The notes: a model not told the origin generated them from the letters alone. Numbered from the stretch's first letter, positions 1-14,307 are shown. The stretch is 64,000 nt of DNA from Antedon mediterranea (GCF_964355755.1 NC_092671.1:17732001-17796000), one strand, 5' to 3'. A program made the numbers and translations.

Positions 1-797
1 ATTTTGTAGAAAATATTTAAATGTTAAACTAAATAACCTAACAATTTACGTCATAAGCATTTTTTTTAGTACGTTTTTTTTAATTTCAATATTTTAATTT
101 CTGTTAAAAACTTTTCATTTCAATTAAATTTTAAAAACTCTTTTCTTTGTAAACTTATTTTTTGATTGTTTGTCTTTATAAGTTATACTTTAATTGCATT
201 GATAATTCTATTCAGTTTTGTCATTTATATTTGTGTTTTTGAATAGCATGAAACGTGCATGTTTTCTCCCCATGTTTTTGTACTTTTGTTTGCTTCTACT
301 ATTTATTTTAGGTTTACAAAATATGCTTCATTTATTTTTTTAAACTGGATTTAAATTAACCTCTACTAACACTAAAGCTAATTGTTAATACATGTGTAAC
401 ATATTTGTAATCTGTAATTGACTGTTACATTTTACCAGGGTACATTCACTTCACTTGCTTGAAAAAAAGCAGTAAAGTCATTGGAGTAAGTTCCTGAATA
501 TATGATTGGTTGACAAATGATACTCAGGTTTTTCAGCATATAGTAGCTGCCAAAAGAGGGATTTTAGGGTGTCACTGGGAAATCCACCTTTTACCTCCTC
601 AAAAACACAATTTACTTTCATATTTTGTTTCTTTCAAATTTAAAATTTCAATCAATGATTGTATTCCATATGCATGCTATATTTTAAGCCCAATTATCAA
701 TTTTGATTTCAATTCATAAAAAATGATCATACCCATGCTTAAATTGATATATTGATGATATTATATTATAGTTTATATTTTTCATTATTTATATTAG

Positions 798-1222
798 GTG
801 AAGATAATTATGAGAACACACAAACAATAGGAAGCACATCAGGACCTGAGGACTACAAGCCAATAAGGAATGGTCCAACACTAGCAGTTGATAACATGGA
901 ATATCATGCATTACTACAAAGAAGCCCACCAAGAACAAACCCAAGTGTAATGAATCGCCAAATGAGCACACCCGTTCAACACTCACCTTTGAAATACCCA
1001 CCTGTAAATAATGCAAATTTTACCAGTAGTCAGCCACTTCTGAATGGTCAAGTCGATTATCAGAATTTGAATAATGCCTCATCAGGGCATCAGGACAGTT
1101 TAATAACCCCAAAGCGATCAAGCAGTGTGTCGCAAGCCACGAGTGATGGCTACTTGTCGGAGCATGATTATATGAACAGTTTTGAACCTCCACCAGTCAG
1201 TCCAACGGAATCAACCGTATGA
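798..1222 (+). CDS. Terminal coding exon of a receptor tyrosine kinase, EGFR/ErbB-like cytoplasmic tail (gene starts before the window)
   Basis: Acceptor ttatattag|GT at 797/798 (phase 1), open to TGA at 1220-1222. Low-complexity tail with spaced Tyr motifs (DNYEN, EDYKP, AVDNMEY resembling EGFR-family AVxNPEY, VDYQN, HDYMN) and a class I PDZ-type end ESTV*. AATAAA near 2599. Kinase domain is not in the window. Confidence 0.62.
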
Positions 1223-1864
1223 ATGTATACAGTGTGATAATCGTACGGTTTTTAACAAAATATCTAGATATCTATTTATGTAATTGATTTGTTTGATGAT
1301 ACAAAATTTTATGCAATTATTTTTTAAAACTGCATAATTAAGCTTGTTACTTCTGTTTTTAAATAGTTTTTAAGTATAATTAGGAACGAATGAAGGACAT
1401 GAAATACACTAAAGAATATTGCGTTGGATATTAATCTGTTTATCGTAATGTATTTATGTTGTTTAATATGTTGAACAAAAGTTCATTGTTATACCTCGGA
1501 TATGGGCATTGGTGAAGGGTATGGAGTGATGGAGAGGGGTTGTTGATAGTGATTTTTGTCATTTAATGAAGAGTTCTGCTTTATATATGGTACAAATATA
1601 TTGAAAATGTATCCTATATAAGTTTTCGGTGAAGGGAGGGTTTTGCATTTTTTCTTCAACTACACTTAAAAATAAAAGTAATTTGTTTAACTTCTGTTGA
1701 CAGTAACAAAACATGCGTGAAAAAATTATGTTGCAACTATCAAACTAGATGTTAATACCAAAGTATGTGTTACTTGAAATTTCCCTGTTGTTTTTAAACG
1801 TGAATGTTTTAAAAAGCATACATTTACCTGTACAAGTTTTTAATATACAAGATTGCATGTTTGG

Positions 1865-2087
1865 ATTATGTTGATATAAAGTTTGCGGTACACCACGCAT
1901 GTAGTTCTAAAAAGAACTGTTGAGTTTCTCGACTTTTTTATCACTATGCTTCGATCGAGGAGTAAGAGTACAGGAGTGTGGGAGTGAAGACAATTGAAGA
2001 AAATTGATCGAAATGTTGAGTACACTTAATTGTTTTTTTCAGTACTCCATACGTTGTGTATTAACGTAAACTTTATATCAACATAAT
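1865..2087. mobile_element. Inverted-repeat (MITE-like) element in the putative RTK 3' UTR
   Basis: attatgttgatataaagttt at 1865 and its exact reverse complement aaactttatatcaacataat ending 2087; imperfect pairing continues inward for about 80 nt. Confidence 0.7.
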
Positions 2088-3040
2088 GATTTTTGCCATG
2101 CAAACCTTCAAACAGTATACAGTCTGTTTTTTGATCTAATTTAATCAAAATTGCTTTTTGATAGAAATGAATGTAATATTCGTTTTACCTTTTCTGTTGA
2201 AATGTGTATTGATCCAAAGTGTATGGAGAACTATCATGATTGTAGTGTGAGTTAGAATCTCTTAAACCTAAGATTTCGTATAGGCTAATTTTACATGTGT
2301 TGTACAGTATAAGATGTAAATAATATTTTCATACAATGTGTTGTCTATACCCCCAAGAAAAAATACATCACTATTTCCAATATCACATTAAATGCTGTTA
2401 TATTTAAGACATATATCATGTACAATAATTATGTTATAAATGAAGAAAAAAAATATTTTAAAAATTAGACATTTAATGTTAAATTGATAAATATATTTGT
2501 TGTTGGTATTATTATGTTATGTGATTATTTTATTTATTCTTTTATAGCCATTATTTTGAGGAATGATCAAGAATATGTTGTAATTATTATTGAATATCAA
2601 TAAAGCAAACTTATTTCCCCCAGAATTGTATTAAAACAACAAACATTTCTAATAATAATGGTAGTCTCATATAGCGCTTAATACAATGTTTCTAAGCGCT
2701 TGTACCTTTATTTATAAATTATTTATTTATTTATTCAACCATTGATACATTCCGGGGTAGATTTAAAATGATTTGTTTGTATTTTTTTCTATTGTATTCA
2801 ATTTAATTGCAATTTTGTTTGTAAATTTAAGGTAAATACCCATATATCATAGGTAGATTTTAAATAGCTTTCTAAACTGTAGATGATAACTATAAATATT
2901 TTAAGCATTTGCATAATATATATTTTTTAGAAACCTATTGAGTACAGTATAGTGGTGCATATCCTTTTTGAATTTATGTATTTTAAGTGCTAAAATGTCT
3001 ACCCTAATGTACTTGCTAAATAAAAATGATCAAAATTATT

Positions 3041-3755
3041 ATTAGAACTCCACTCATAGAGTCTTTTTAATAGGGAATCTGACCATAGGCCCCGACTCAT
3101 AGGAACCCTGGATATTAGGACCCCACTCATAGAGTTTTATTCTAAGGAACTAAGGCCATAGAACTCCACTCATAGAGTCCTATTCAAAAGGACCCTGGGT
3201 ATTAGAACTCAACTCATAAATTTCTATTCTTAGGAACTCGGCCCATAGGACCCCACTCATAGAGTCCTATTCATATGGACCCTGGGCATTGGGACCCCAC
3301 TCATAGAGACCTATTCATAGGAACTCGGCCCATAGGACCCCACTCATAGAGTCCTATTCATATGGACCCTGGGCATTGGGACCCCACTCATAGAGACCTA
3401 TTCATAGGAACTCGGCCCATAGGACCCCACTCATAGAGTCCTATTCATAGGAACTTGGCCATATGACCCCACTCATAGGGACCCTGGGCCTTAAACCAAC
3501 CTCATAGAGTCATATTCATAGAAACTCGGGCCATACTGTAGGACCTTACTCATAGAGTCCTATTCATATGGACCATGGGCATTGGGATCCCACTCATAGA
3601 GACCTATTCATAGGAACTCGGCCATATGACCCCACTCATAAAGTCTATTTCAAAGGGACCCTGGGTAATAGGACCCAACTCATAGAATCCTATTCATAGG
3701 GGCCCTGGGTATTAGGACTCAACTCATAGAGTCCTTATAGGATCCCAACTCATAA
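3041..3755. repeat. Minisatellite, ~41-42 bp unit (ggaccccactcatagagtcctattcataggaactcggcccata)
   Basis: Repeated actcatag cores with alternating unit variants; diverged at both edges. Confidence 0.95.
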
Positions 3756-6683
3756 ATATGAATATTTAGCTATCTTTATATACTGTATGTATTCCTAGTT
3801 TATTTTAAAGACATGAGAATAATAGAACATCAGTTAATCAGATACCAGCATATAGATGCCATCAGGTACATATATATATTTAAGTTTATCTTCTGTAGTT
3901 AAGTTTGCTACCATTCTCATAGAATATAATATAATTATAATGGAAATATTGCGAGACGCAACCCAAACATGGCGATCATAGCAGTTAGTTCATTTAAACA
4001 CTGCTGAACATATTTAGACGGATTTTTTTTTTTTTTTTTTACATTTCATTATATTATATGCAAAGATACTTTACCAACTTGCTTGCTTGCTTGCTTCTAA
4101 GAGACTTTTAGCACGACAAACAAGTGTTAGAGCTATTAATTAATTAATTAATTAATTATTGCGGGTTATGCGGAGGGGGGTGGGGGAGGGGGCGTGGGTG
4201 AGGTGTTGGGTATAAACCGTAAATATGCCCTTACATAATAAAGGTACAACTAAATTAGTTTAAATTAAGGACGGGGAGAAAACGTCATGGTTCAAAATCA
4301 TACTGTTTACTATGTACTACTGTATCCTTCCCTCCATGCACCAATGGTGCGAATATTTGTGTGTTCTGTCTAATCATAATAGTATGCGTTGTGCATTGTA
4401 AGTATAGGTTAAGCAACAATGTTTCTATGTAATTGTAAGAGTAGGTAATAAATGAAAATATAATTTATCGTTGTCGTGATGAAATTTTTGAAAACGCAAA
4501 TATTGTATTTGCATATATCTTTATTGGCAAAATGTAAAATGAAAATAATATATTAGGCCTATATATTTTAATTTAAGGCCAAATAAAAAGCTTTTGCTCG
4601 TCTAGATTTGGCTTTATATAGATACATCTATATATAATCATGGCTGATAATTGTAACGACCGTATATCGAAAAGAAGAGTAAAAAGATGCGTGCTAAATT
4701 TGGTGACGGTGGTTTGTTAACGAATTTCAGACAAGAGATCATTCTATAACACCGGTCTCAAGTGTGTTGTTGAGAGATCAACTTTCAAGTGTGATCTGTC
4801 CCAGTCCCCTTCTTACCACATCTATACATTTCGGAACTCGCGTCGTACATGGAAAATAATGATAAACCTGATAAATGGAGAAATACTGACTCCTCTCGTT
4901 TTGTTTGGCAATTCCAACACAACCGAATGCACAGGGACTCGCAAACTCTCGTCAGACAAACATTTGATTACATCTGGTTCTCTACCTTCCTTCCCCATAC
5001 CCCGGAAACATCGCTGAGTACATCTAGTAGGTTCATCGTGATAAATGAACAAGGAGATATTATTCATTTTGATACATCTTCCAGGTTGGAAGGTTGTGGC
5101 GTCGTTATTTGTTTGTAGACCTACTATCCGAAAACCAATTCGATTACAAATTTTCAAAATGAATAAAATATAATTATTTTCAGCCCCAAATTGAACTCGA
5201 AGATTAGGAACACCGGTCTGTACCTGAATCATTTTAACTTTGTATAGTATATTGTTTTGTTTATAGTATGGCTGAAACAAACAACAAACACAGGTTAAAT
5301 TAGACTAATACTGTCCTCGGATTAATGACGTTTAAATTAGAATTTAATCATTTTCGGTAATTCTACATCGATAATCAAAGTTAAGTATAGACCAGGCCAA
5401 CTGTGATATTAATTTGTTTTGATATTTTAGAGTTACTGCTTCCGTTAGAACAGATGTCTCTTTCGGTTAGGTTTCGTTTAGTAGCATGCTTTCTAAATAA
5501 AATAGGTTCATGATACTTATCCACGGCAAGAAAGGGTGTTCTGATTAGGCCATGGGTGCAGAACTTACTGCAGCAGCCACGGGGCAACAACTCTATTGAA
5601 AAGTGTTCCGAGATCGTTTACGTACATACACGAGACCAACTGCTTAATGACCCATCCAAAGGACGAGTAAATAAGGATAGTCCTCCTACAGACAAGATAG
5701 GTATCAACTTTCACACATTCTAAAATGGTAATGAATATTAGTTTAGGAGAAAATATAGGTGAAATAGCTAATTTGCATAAAATATATTCATTTGCATAAT
5801 GCGGTGGACGACGGAGGGTTAATGTGTTGTGTGTGAATAGGATAACATGTACTTTCATTTGATTAAAACGGAAAAACAATTTGCTAACGATTTTATCCTG
5901 CTCAAATGCTAGGTTCGGTAACTACTGTATCTAGCACCCCTTTTCAATGTATGATTGTTTCTTGTTCATGTTGACAATAATAGCGTTGAAAGGAGGGATA
6001 CCACTTCGTCCCATTTCACTCACGATCACGATTTTCTTGCCTAGTTTTAATCTACGATTAATACAAATGAATCTTATTTATTATTTAACCGTTTTAATAA
6101 TATCAGACAGACGTTTTCGAATCATGACGTACATACACCAAGAAAAACATGTTAGATGGTAGGCCTAATAACCAAATTTAATAATTACGCTATGAACTTG
6201 CCAATAAAACTACTAACTAGCTTTTATAATAGCTAAATACATTACTAATACAATACTAACTTACTTTAATAATAGCAAAATATATGAGAATTACGATAAT
6301 TAAGACTTCTGTCGGCGGTAATATTTTCCCAAGAGAAGAAGACTATGGCATCACCCGTATGATGACGCCAACTAGGCCTATCACCTTTTAACCCTTACCT
6401 TTTTAAGACGGTCTTAAGAAATCTGGTCATGTAGGTACTAATTGCCAAAGAAATCGGTATTATAGACAATGTTTTTATTAACTAAATTAGAAATAGAAAT
6501 CTGATGGGAATATTTATTTCATAACCTTGATATTATTTTGATGTTTTCACTCATCTTCTTTCCCGAGTTGCTAGACAATCGTCTGCTATTGCACCGCGTG
6601 CATTCCCTCATCACAACAAGACAAAGAAATCATCCTACGCACATTTTACACATGCGGGGTTGCATGAGAATGTATGACCAATT

Positions 6684-6690
6684 TATAAAA
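6684..6690 (+). promoter_or_regulatory. TATA box of neurotrophin-like gene 1
   Basis: TATAAAA about 80 bp upstream of the ATG at 6765. Confidence 0.5.
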
Positions 6691-6764
6691 AGGCTCAACT
6701 ATCAGCATGGTGCGTGCATTTTTGTTTGGTTGTTGCCGCGTTCATATCACTGGTTTTACGACCT

Positions 6765-9700
6765 ATGGCGGACCACAGAATTAATGAAAACTGGACGAAC
6801 CTTAGTCAAATTATTTTAATTTCGATTATGGTTTTAACAACTCTAATTGGTAAGTACTGCTATCTTTCTACTACAATCAACTTTCAATAGTGTAGGCCAA
6901 ATCAAGACAGATTTATGTAATTGTGTTTTTAAGCTAATGAATAAAATAGAAACGTAAAAATGTTTGTTAAAAATAAAATCGGAAAAGAAAACAATTTTCT
7001 ATCGGCATTTTTGAAATTCAATGGATCGTTCGCAGCTGCAGCCGTAGGCTATAACTTTCGAATCATTTTAGAATGTTAAGTTCTATAGGTTAAAATAATA
7101 TAGGCCATGGTGATTATGTTTTCTGGTACAAATATACATTATTAATTAATAATCACAATTTAGAAATGTAGGCCTACTAACTGTAACTGTTATGGCCATG
7201 TTTGTGTTTTAGATTAAAACATATATTTTTACGCTGGCCTTACATTTCCACAAACACGTTTTACCTTTGAATTTCATATTTTAATAATCAATTGTTATTG
7301 TTATATATATTGTTTAGTATTTACTTGTTTATAAGGCTCAATAAAGTTCACATTTAGATTAAATGTACTAATATCTATTGTTTTGTCTGTCGCCTAATTT
7401 TGGCTTTAAATGTCTTACTGCAAAATACAAATCAAGTTCTAATAGTGGTATATAATCAACCTTATCATATGAAAAGTAAAATTAGGTAACAAAATACGAG
7501 TACTAAAAGGAGGAATTAAAGGATTACTCTCACGCCGGTCCAGACATCATCCGCCTCCATCAAATTTACTATTAGTAGGCCTACTACAACGAGCTATTAT
7601 TTCGGCCACTTTTCAAAAATTGATATGGAAGCGCCACAGAATGCGCAGGCGTCTTTGGAGGTACGTGTCATTATTACCACGTGATGCCTAGGTTGACAGC
7701 CGCCGGCCTCTAGATTATACATCCTTTAATTTGTAATATTGACCATTCTAGACTGACCTTCATTGATTAAATAATTTTAACGTTATTAATATTAGGAAAA
7801 TATTAAATTTTCTCGTTACAATTTAAGTAATTAATATAGACGAGTGAAAATCGAAAGAACGAGGTATTTAAGTTAACGTGCTAAGCGCATCGGGAGATAC
7901 AAAATAAAGTGTTTAAAATGTTAATGTTTTGCTCGAGTGTTTTTCTAAATTTGTTTTCAGATCATACGACAGGAGAAAGATTTAATCAAGTACAAAAGAA
8001 TGAATTTCCGGTAGGAAAATTATATTTTTTAGATTTTTTTAATTTATTAAGTAACTTGAAGGTTCTCTGAAATAAGCTTGTAATTCTTTCAATTAATATT
8101 ATTAAATTAATCAATTTTTCATTTTATCATTTGAATGATTTAGTCAAGAAGAAATTGCACATAAGCTTCTTTCCTGAAATAAAATTTATATTCGAAATGT
8201 GCAGATTCTGTTAAAGTTTATTTGTTCAAGTCTTATTGTGTTTCATTTCAAGAAAATTGTTTATTTCAAAATGTCTACTGGATTTTAATTGTTAACTACT
8301 GTGGAGTAACATTGCGTCAGGGTGTTGAGCAAGTATTCCCAACGTACTGTACTTAGTATAAAGTACAAAATTATGTCAGAGTATATAGGGCAAAACATCT
8401 GATTGGAATTTCTACTGTCTCACATTTCATTTATGTTGTTGAAATAGTAGGATTAGTAGTAGGATTGGTTCGATAGTGCTTCTTGCTTGCTGTTTGCTAA
8501 TGTTGTCTTCTAGTTTTGATGAATTTATACGTAGGCCTTAGTCTATTTATACGTAGTAGGCCTAAGTCTGTTTATACGTAGGCCTAAGTCTATTTATACG
8601 TAGGCCTAAGTCTATTTATACGTCTAAGGCCTAAGTCTATTTATACGTCTAAGGCCTAAGTCTATTTATACGTAGGCCTAAGTCTATTTATACGTATGCC
8701 TAAGTCTATTTATACGTCTAAGGCCTAAGTCTATTTATAGTTGTATGTTATGTATAATGTATCTGATAATTTTATTGTGAAAACTGTGATTTTTAATTCC
8801 AAATTGTATGCCAGCTGCTCTTATTTTAATTTGTGTACTCTTTCTATATTTTTCTATGCATTAAAATTATATTAAAACCTAATAATTTTATTAATTACGA
8901 TAAAGTGCTAGAATTAATGTTATTTTTGGGAAGTCTCTGACGTCATTAGCACCGAATATTTAGAACGCTTGAGAATAGGCCTACGTGCAAAACATGCGCA
9001 AGTTGGAAACAATAGTTGCGAATGACGTTGGCCAAAAACATTCCAACTTAATTAAATTCAAACTGACATACAATTTTTCATCATTTATTTTTTGTTGTGT
9101 GTAAATATCATTATTCTATCATTTATATTTTATTTTATTAAAAACATTTATTTTTAATTGAGTTAATTAGATTACGTTACTTATTTTTTGGGTGAATAAT
9201 ACAAAATGCAAATGTTTTAAATGGGTGGTAACATTTTAAGAAATAAAAGAGCAAAGAGTTTATCATACATATTCGCGTATGTCCACAGAATCATTTTTGA
9301 GTTTGAAACTTTTATAAAACACACGATTAAGATTATTATTAGATGTATTGTCCTCCAAAAACGAGGAAATGAAGATTATGACAGATTTTAGGCCATTTTG
9401 TAGTTTTTAATAGGAAAAGGGAACAAAATGATGACTTCACATTCAAAAAGACAAAATAAACGGTTAAATTTAACAAACCAAAAAACAATATCTGACAGAC
9501 AATAATATTCTGTGCTCTAAATAACAAGTTGTTTTTTTTTTTTTTGTCGATACAATTTTTGGTCAAAGCGAATAACTATTATTGTAATATTAAAATAGCA
9601 TATTCAACAAACAACATCTTAACAATACTTGTTTTAGGGGGTCAATATATTACTTCAAGGATACGAGCATCTTTTCAACAATGTTTTTGATTAGTTTGTC

Positions 9701-12700
9701 CCGTTGTGTCGCATGACAGATTGCGGCCATATCACAACAAGCGTGGGGGTGTTATTAATCCATCATCAAAGTATCACACGTTACCTTAAACAATATCCAT
9801 ATAAAATAAACTAATAGTACATTGTTATTTATACTACTTTTTTACCTGTATTGTATCTCATTTGCATAGTTCTGTTATTAATTTTCTTTCATTTCTATCA
9901 AATCATTTTGTTTTCGACAAGCTGACATTTACACGATCTTGTTAATTACAAATATATGAATTAGAATCGTCCTGTAGCCATAAACATAATTGCAAAGAAG
10001 CGGTGAATTTCTAGTAATCTATGTATTGTCAAGCTACGTATTATACTGTATTGGTTCGTATAACAATAGGAGATCATACAGACCAATAAACATAACACTA
10101 ATTAGCAATAAAAGTATAATGATAAGTAACTTGTTTATATCTTCTTCTATATATACATTTACGTAAGGGCAAAATTCGGTAAATCGCGCGTTATTTCTAG
10201 AATGTTTACTCGATGGTATAATATACTGTTGGTTAGAATCTCGGTACTGATTTAAACCACCAGATGTAACCCTGTTTACTAATTAAATTGAGTTAGATAA
10301 TTAGTTATTGACAATTAAAACGAATTTAGGTTGAACGATTTGCCCCAAATAGGGGTGTTTTCCGACCGTAGTATACACTATCTAATGGATGTCCTCTTAA
10401 AAAATACCTGCACACAATAATACGAGGATGCTTCGCATTTTCCTATCTCCTCCTACGATAATTGTTTTTAATAGCTGAAACCGGTTAAACAGCTCGAGTA
10501 CAGTATCATAATGTTGAAGACAGGCCGAATTTTGATAGATTTAATATACGTTTATGCAAATGTATTGATTTGCGATGAATGGAACATTCCAATCTCTCAG
10601 ACTCCCAGTTTGTAGGTAAATTTATGAGCCCTCCATGGTTTAACACAAGTATGTACATTTATGGGCCCTTTAAGAATAAACTTAAAACTGAGATATAGCA
10701 TTGCAATACTTTGACAATATTGTAAATACTGTACGAACCATTTTTGGTCGCCATTTGAATCGAAATTTTCTTACTCTGAATGTGGTTACTGTTTATTGTA
10801 ATAATTATAAAAAATATAAACGTCGTAGTGGTGTATCGTTACATGTACTTTACTATTTTAATCGACTATACAGGCACAGTTTTAGTTTTTGGACTCATTT
10901 TAAGACAAGTTTCTCCTTCGGAAGTAGGCCTAATTCCCAGTGTGCTAATTTTAGTTGACTACATTAATCATCGTGTCTACTTATTCGTTTCTAAAAACGA
11001 CAATGTATTTATAGTCCTGCGGTACGTACATTTGAAATTGCCAGTTTTTTGACGCTGAAATTACTGTGTATTCGAGAACCATCTGTGGACACGACCTGTG
11101 GATGGTACGCGAGCGAAGCACTAATTGAAGACGACATTTGTTTTGTAGATCATGGAAGCTTTGAAATAAATTCCTTGTTTTTGTCCCGTTTGTTTAGAAT
11201 TTAGGGTCGTATCAACATGGAGGAAATATCCCCCATTCCTTCTACCTTCAGTAAGATTCTGATATGGAAGGAATAAGTTTAAAATAAGATTTTCAAAACT
11301 AAACAGATCTAGAGAAGAACCCAAACTTATACAAGCTTGACGTATTGTACTAATACTACGTTTATAATCATGTTTTACTAAATAATACAGTTTCTATAGT
11401 TGTACTTTTTATTGCAATTTTCAACCGACCGATTGTATGAGCAAAGGTAATATCGCATTAAAAAAAACCTTTCACTTTAAAACAGATTGTAAAACACCTT
11501 AGGTAATTCGAATAATATTGGAATCGTGGAATAATCCTACCATTTAATAATTACAAAATATTGCAAATAAGACATAATGACGAAGAATTAGATGCGTGGT
11601 GTTTAAAAAGAGATTTAAATACCTGCAAATTAATTATCGTACACAAACATCAGATGCAAAATGGTTGAGATAATTATTATACTTATAACAGAGGTTGTTA
11701 TACAATAATAATTATGATAACATTTAAATTTTGTTTTTCCTAAAAGAAGATACAAGTAAATACAGTATAAGTAATCTTCATGTTAATCTTACTTATAGAA
11801 GTAATTTAGAATTATTTATATACAATTAAAGACAAATATAATTTAATTTGACCATGTATGTATGTAATGGTTCACCTGTCTTGTTATGTACTGCACCTAT
11901 TGTCCTGTCTTCATGTTGTTTGTAATTTGTTATTTGTAATATACTGCACTATGGTGAACAAGCTTTGTCATCTATCTGAATCGATTATGAATTTGGAATG
12001 GTAAAATAAATTGATACTTGATTAAGTTTTCTCTTATATGTTTCAGGGATCCCAGCAATCTTATCCTTTTAAAAACATCTATGACATTCCCGTTCATCTT
12101 CGCGAGCGACCCGGTGAGGAAGATTTTTACAAAGCCCTTACTTCACCAGAATTTAAGTACATTTTAAAGGAAAGAGTGTTATTTACTCAGACCAGACCAT
12201 TACCAAGACTTCGAGAGACTCATAAATTAAAAGAAGATAAGGTGAAGACAACTAAAGAAGTTGTAAAAAAATGGAGCCCGTATGAAGGTATATTTAAGGT
12301 AAGATATCACTACATTTTGGTGTCAAGTATGTAACAATTGTACAGACCATAAGCTACCACAAGAAAAACGACTAGGCCTACTGACTGTTTTATAACTTTT
12401 TTTTCTAGAGGCAATCAGCAGCGGCAGGAGTAGTACCCGTGGAAGCATGTCCCAGTAACAGTAGATGGGTGCATATAACAGAAGGACGAACATTAAACAA
12501 CACTATGGTAGAATTATTAAACGTTCAGTGGTTTTGGCAAACGGATTGCGTTAATAGTGGAACCGCTTGCCAAGGGTTTTCTGGGAGAAGCAGTTCATGT
12601 CTGCCAAAACATAGTTGGGTTCCAGCATATGCGCGCGAAAGTGGAACTACCAATGATTACTCGTGGTTCTATATTTCCGTAGCTTCTTGTTGCGCATGTG

Positions 12701-12714
12701 CAGTTAAGTTGTGA
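6765..12714 (+). CDS. Neurotrophin (NGF-family cystine-knot) precursor 1, ~230 aa, 4 coding exons
   Basis: Exons 6765-6849 (MADHRINENWTNLSQIILISIMVLTTLI, hydrophobic leader, phase 1), 7961-8010, 12047-12298, 12409-12714; all GT-AG with matching phases. Prodomain RVLFTQTRP resembles NGF RVLFSTQP. KR cleavage site, then ACPSNSRWV...QWFWQTDC...C.G...SC...W.YI.V.SCCAC. The last two exons are more secure than the first two. Confidence 0.85.
8524..8739. repeat. Tandem repeat, 22/25-bp unit (gtaggcctaagtctatttatac)
   Basis: About 9 near-identical copies in intron 2 of neurotrophin-like gene 1. Confidence 0.95.
9339..9657. mobile_element. MITE family A (TTAA-flanked AGATATATTGTCC-type TIR, Kolobok-like), copy 1
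   Basis: Ends gatgtattgtcctcc...gggggtcaatatatt; internal taggccattttg shared with the other copies. Confidence 0.6.
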
Positions 12715-14307
12715 CGAAAATAACGTATGCCTTTATCAGTTACATTAAAAGCGGAAATTAGAAATTGTTATGTATTATTAGGCCTATAAGTTGATTTAAA
12801 GTGCAATTTAACATAATTAATGAAAAGAAGTATTGAATTATTAAATGGAATTCTAACAAAATTTATTCTAGGCTTAGGCCTAAGTATGTTCTTGTTTTGA
12901 AGGAAATGTAGGCATATAGCAATATAGTTTTTATGGAAATCTTATAATCAATCAGTGTGAAAGAGATACTACAATATAGCTTCATAGGCCTATATTATGC
13001 GAATTTATTAAATAATTAATAATGACCATTTTCGTGCCTCCAACAAAGTAACAAAAGCGTTTATTTGTATGGCATCGACATTAAGTTATCATCCTGCATC
13101 ATTTCGTCAAGTTTGTTTTTATTTGTTGGTTCCATAGGCCTAATAAGGTCACATGCAGATGGCGTTAGTCATCTGCCACCTGGCTAAAATTCTTCTCCAG
13201 ACAAACAAACTGATTACCGTACCTTGTGTATTTGCGGGTAGGCCCAAGTGCAATTTAAATCATTAATGCTTCGTTTTATAATGTATTTAAACAAATCTCA
13301 TTTATATGTAGCAGGTTAGGGCTTCAGTTAAGTTAGACCCACACAGGATTTGAACTAAAATCGAGACGGTTTTAAACAAACACTACATTAGGGGCCTAAG
13401 CTGTGTTCGATCCCGTCAGGACAAAAGTTCGCTATTAGGCGTTTTGTTCACGGAGAAAATCAACAAGTCTGATATGAACTCTTCTATTCCAACACTATAA
13501 ACTCAATATTTTTCTCCTACCAGAAGCGGGCATATTACGTAACTGTAGTTGTTTTTTTTTTGGAAGTGGGGCAACAATTTTCTTGTGCAATTTGTTTATT
13601 GTTATTAAAAGACACACGACACCAATTACAATTAAAATTATGTTGTTATTTTTCTTCTTATGTAATATGTCCGTAGTTTGAACTTGAATTGAATATTAAT
13701 ATCTAGAGACTCACTAAATATAATCACAATATGGTATTTGTAATCTATTAGTCTCGGCTTTATTTATCAGCAGCGAACAATTTTATCTTCAATTATTCTG
13801 TTATCTCTTAAGACAAATTCGTCAAATTGAGGGCTCTATGAGTTGTCAAAATACGTATATTGGAATGATCCAAGTATTTTTACAAAGCATTTTGACATTA
13901 AACTGTCGCATGTCTATTGTCAACTCGCTTGTGTTGCGTACGGTACGTCCCTTGCGTTGTAGTGGGAACCAAGCTATAGAACGCAACGCAAAAACACTTT
14001 TTACAAATCTCAATCGATGGCCATCTGTCGCTGCCATTGGTCAACTTGCTTCTTCTTGCTTTTTATGCGTATGTGAAATAATATTGGTCAAACACCAAGT
14101 GGTAGTCTACTAATTTAAAGTAGGAAACATTACGCATAGTAATTCAAATTTATTTTTAATTTAATTTTTTAAATTAAATTTAAATGGTTAAAATACTAAC
14201 AGTAACTGATAATAATAATAGACTCAAGTATAAAACAGTAGATATTGTATAATGGTTTGATAATCTAAAGTTAACAATACAGTATTTCTTGAGGAAGGCT
14301 AAAGCAT

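Noticed and set aside
5513-5600. atacttatcc resembling the U1 snRNA 5' end, near octamer motifs
   Set aside because: The following sequence lacks U1 stem-loops and an Sm site.
6538-6819. 93-aa plus ORF from the track
   Set aside because: Overlaps the promoter and first exon of neurotrophin-like gene 1 in a different frame; no recognisable protein features.
13335-13425. tRNA-like fragments (ggatttgaac, gttcgatcc)
   Set aside because: No cloverleaf; at most decayed SINE heads.
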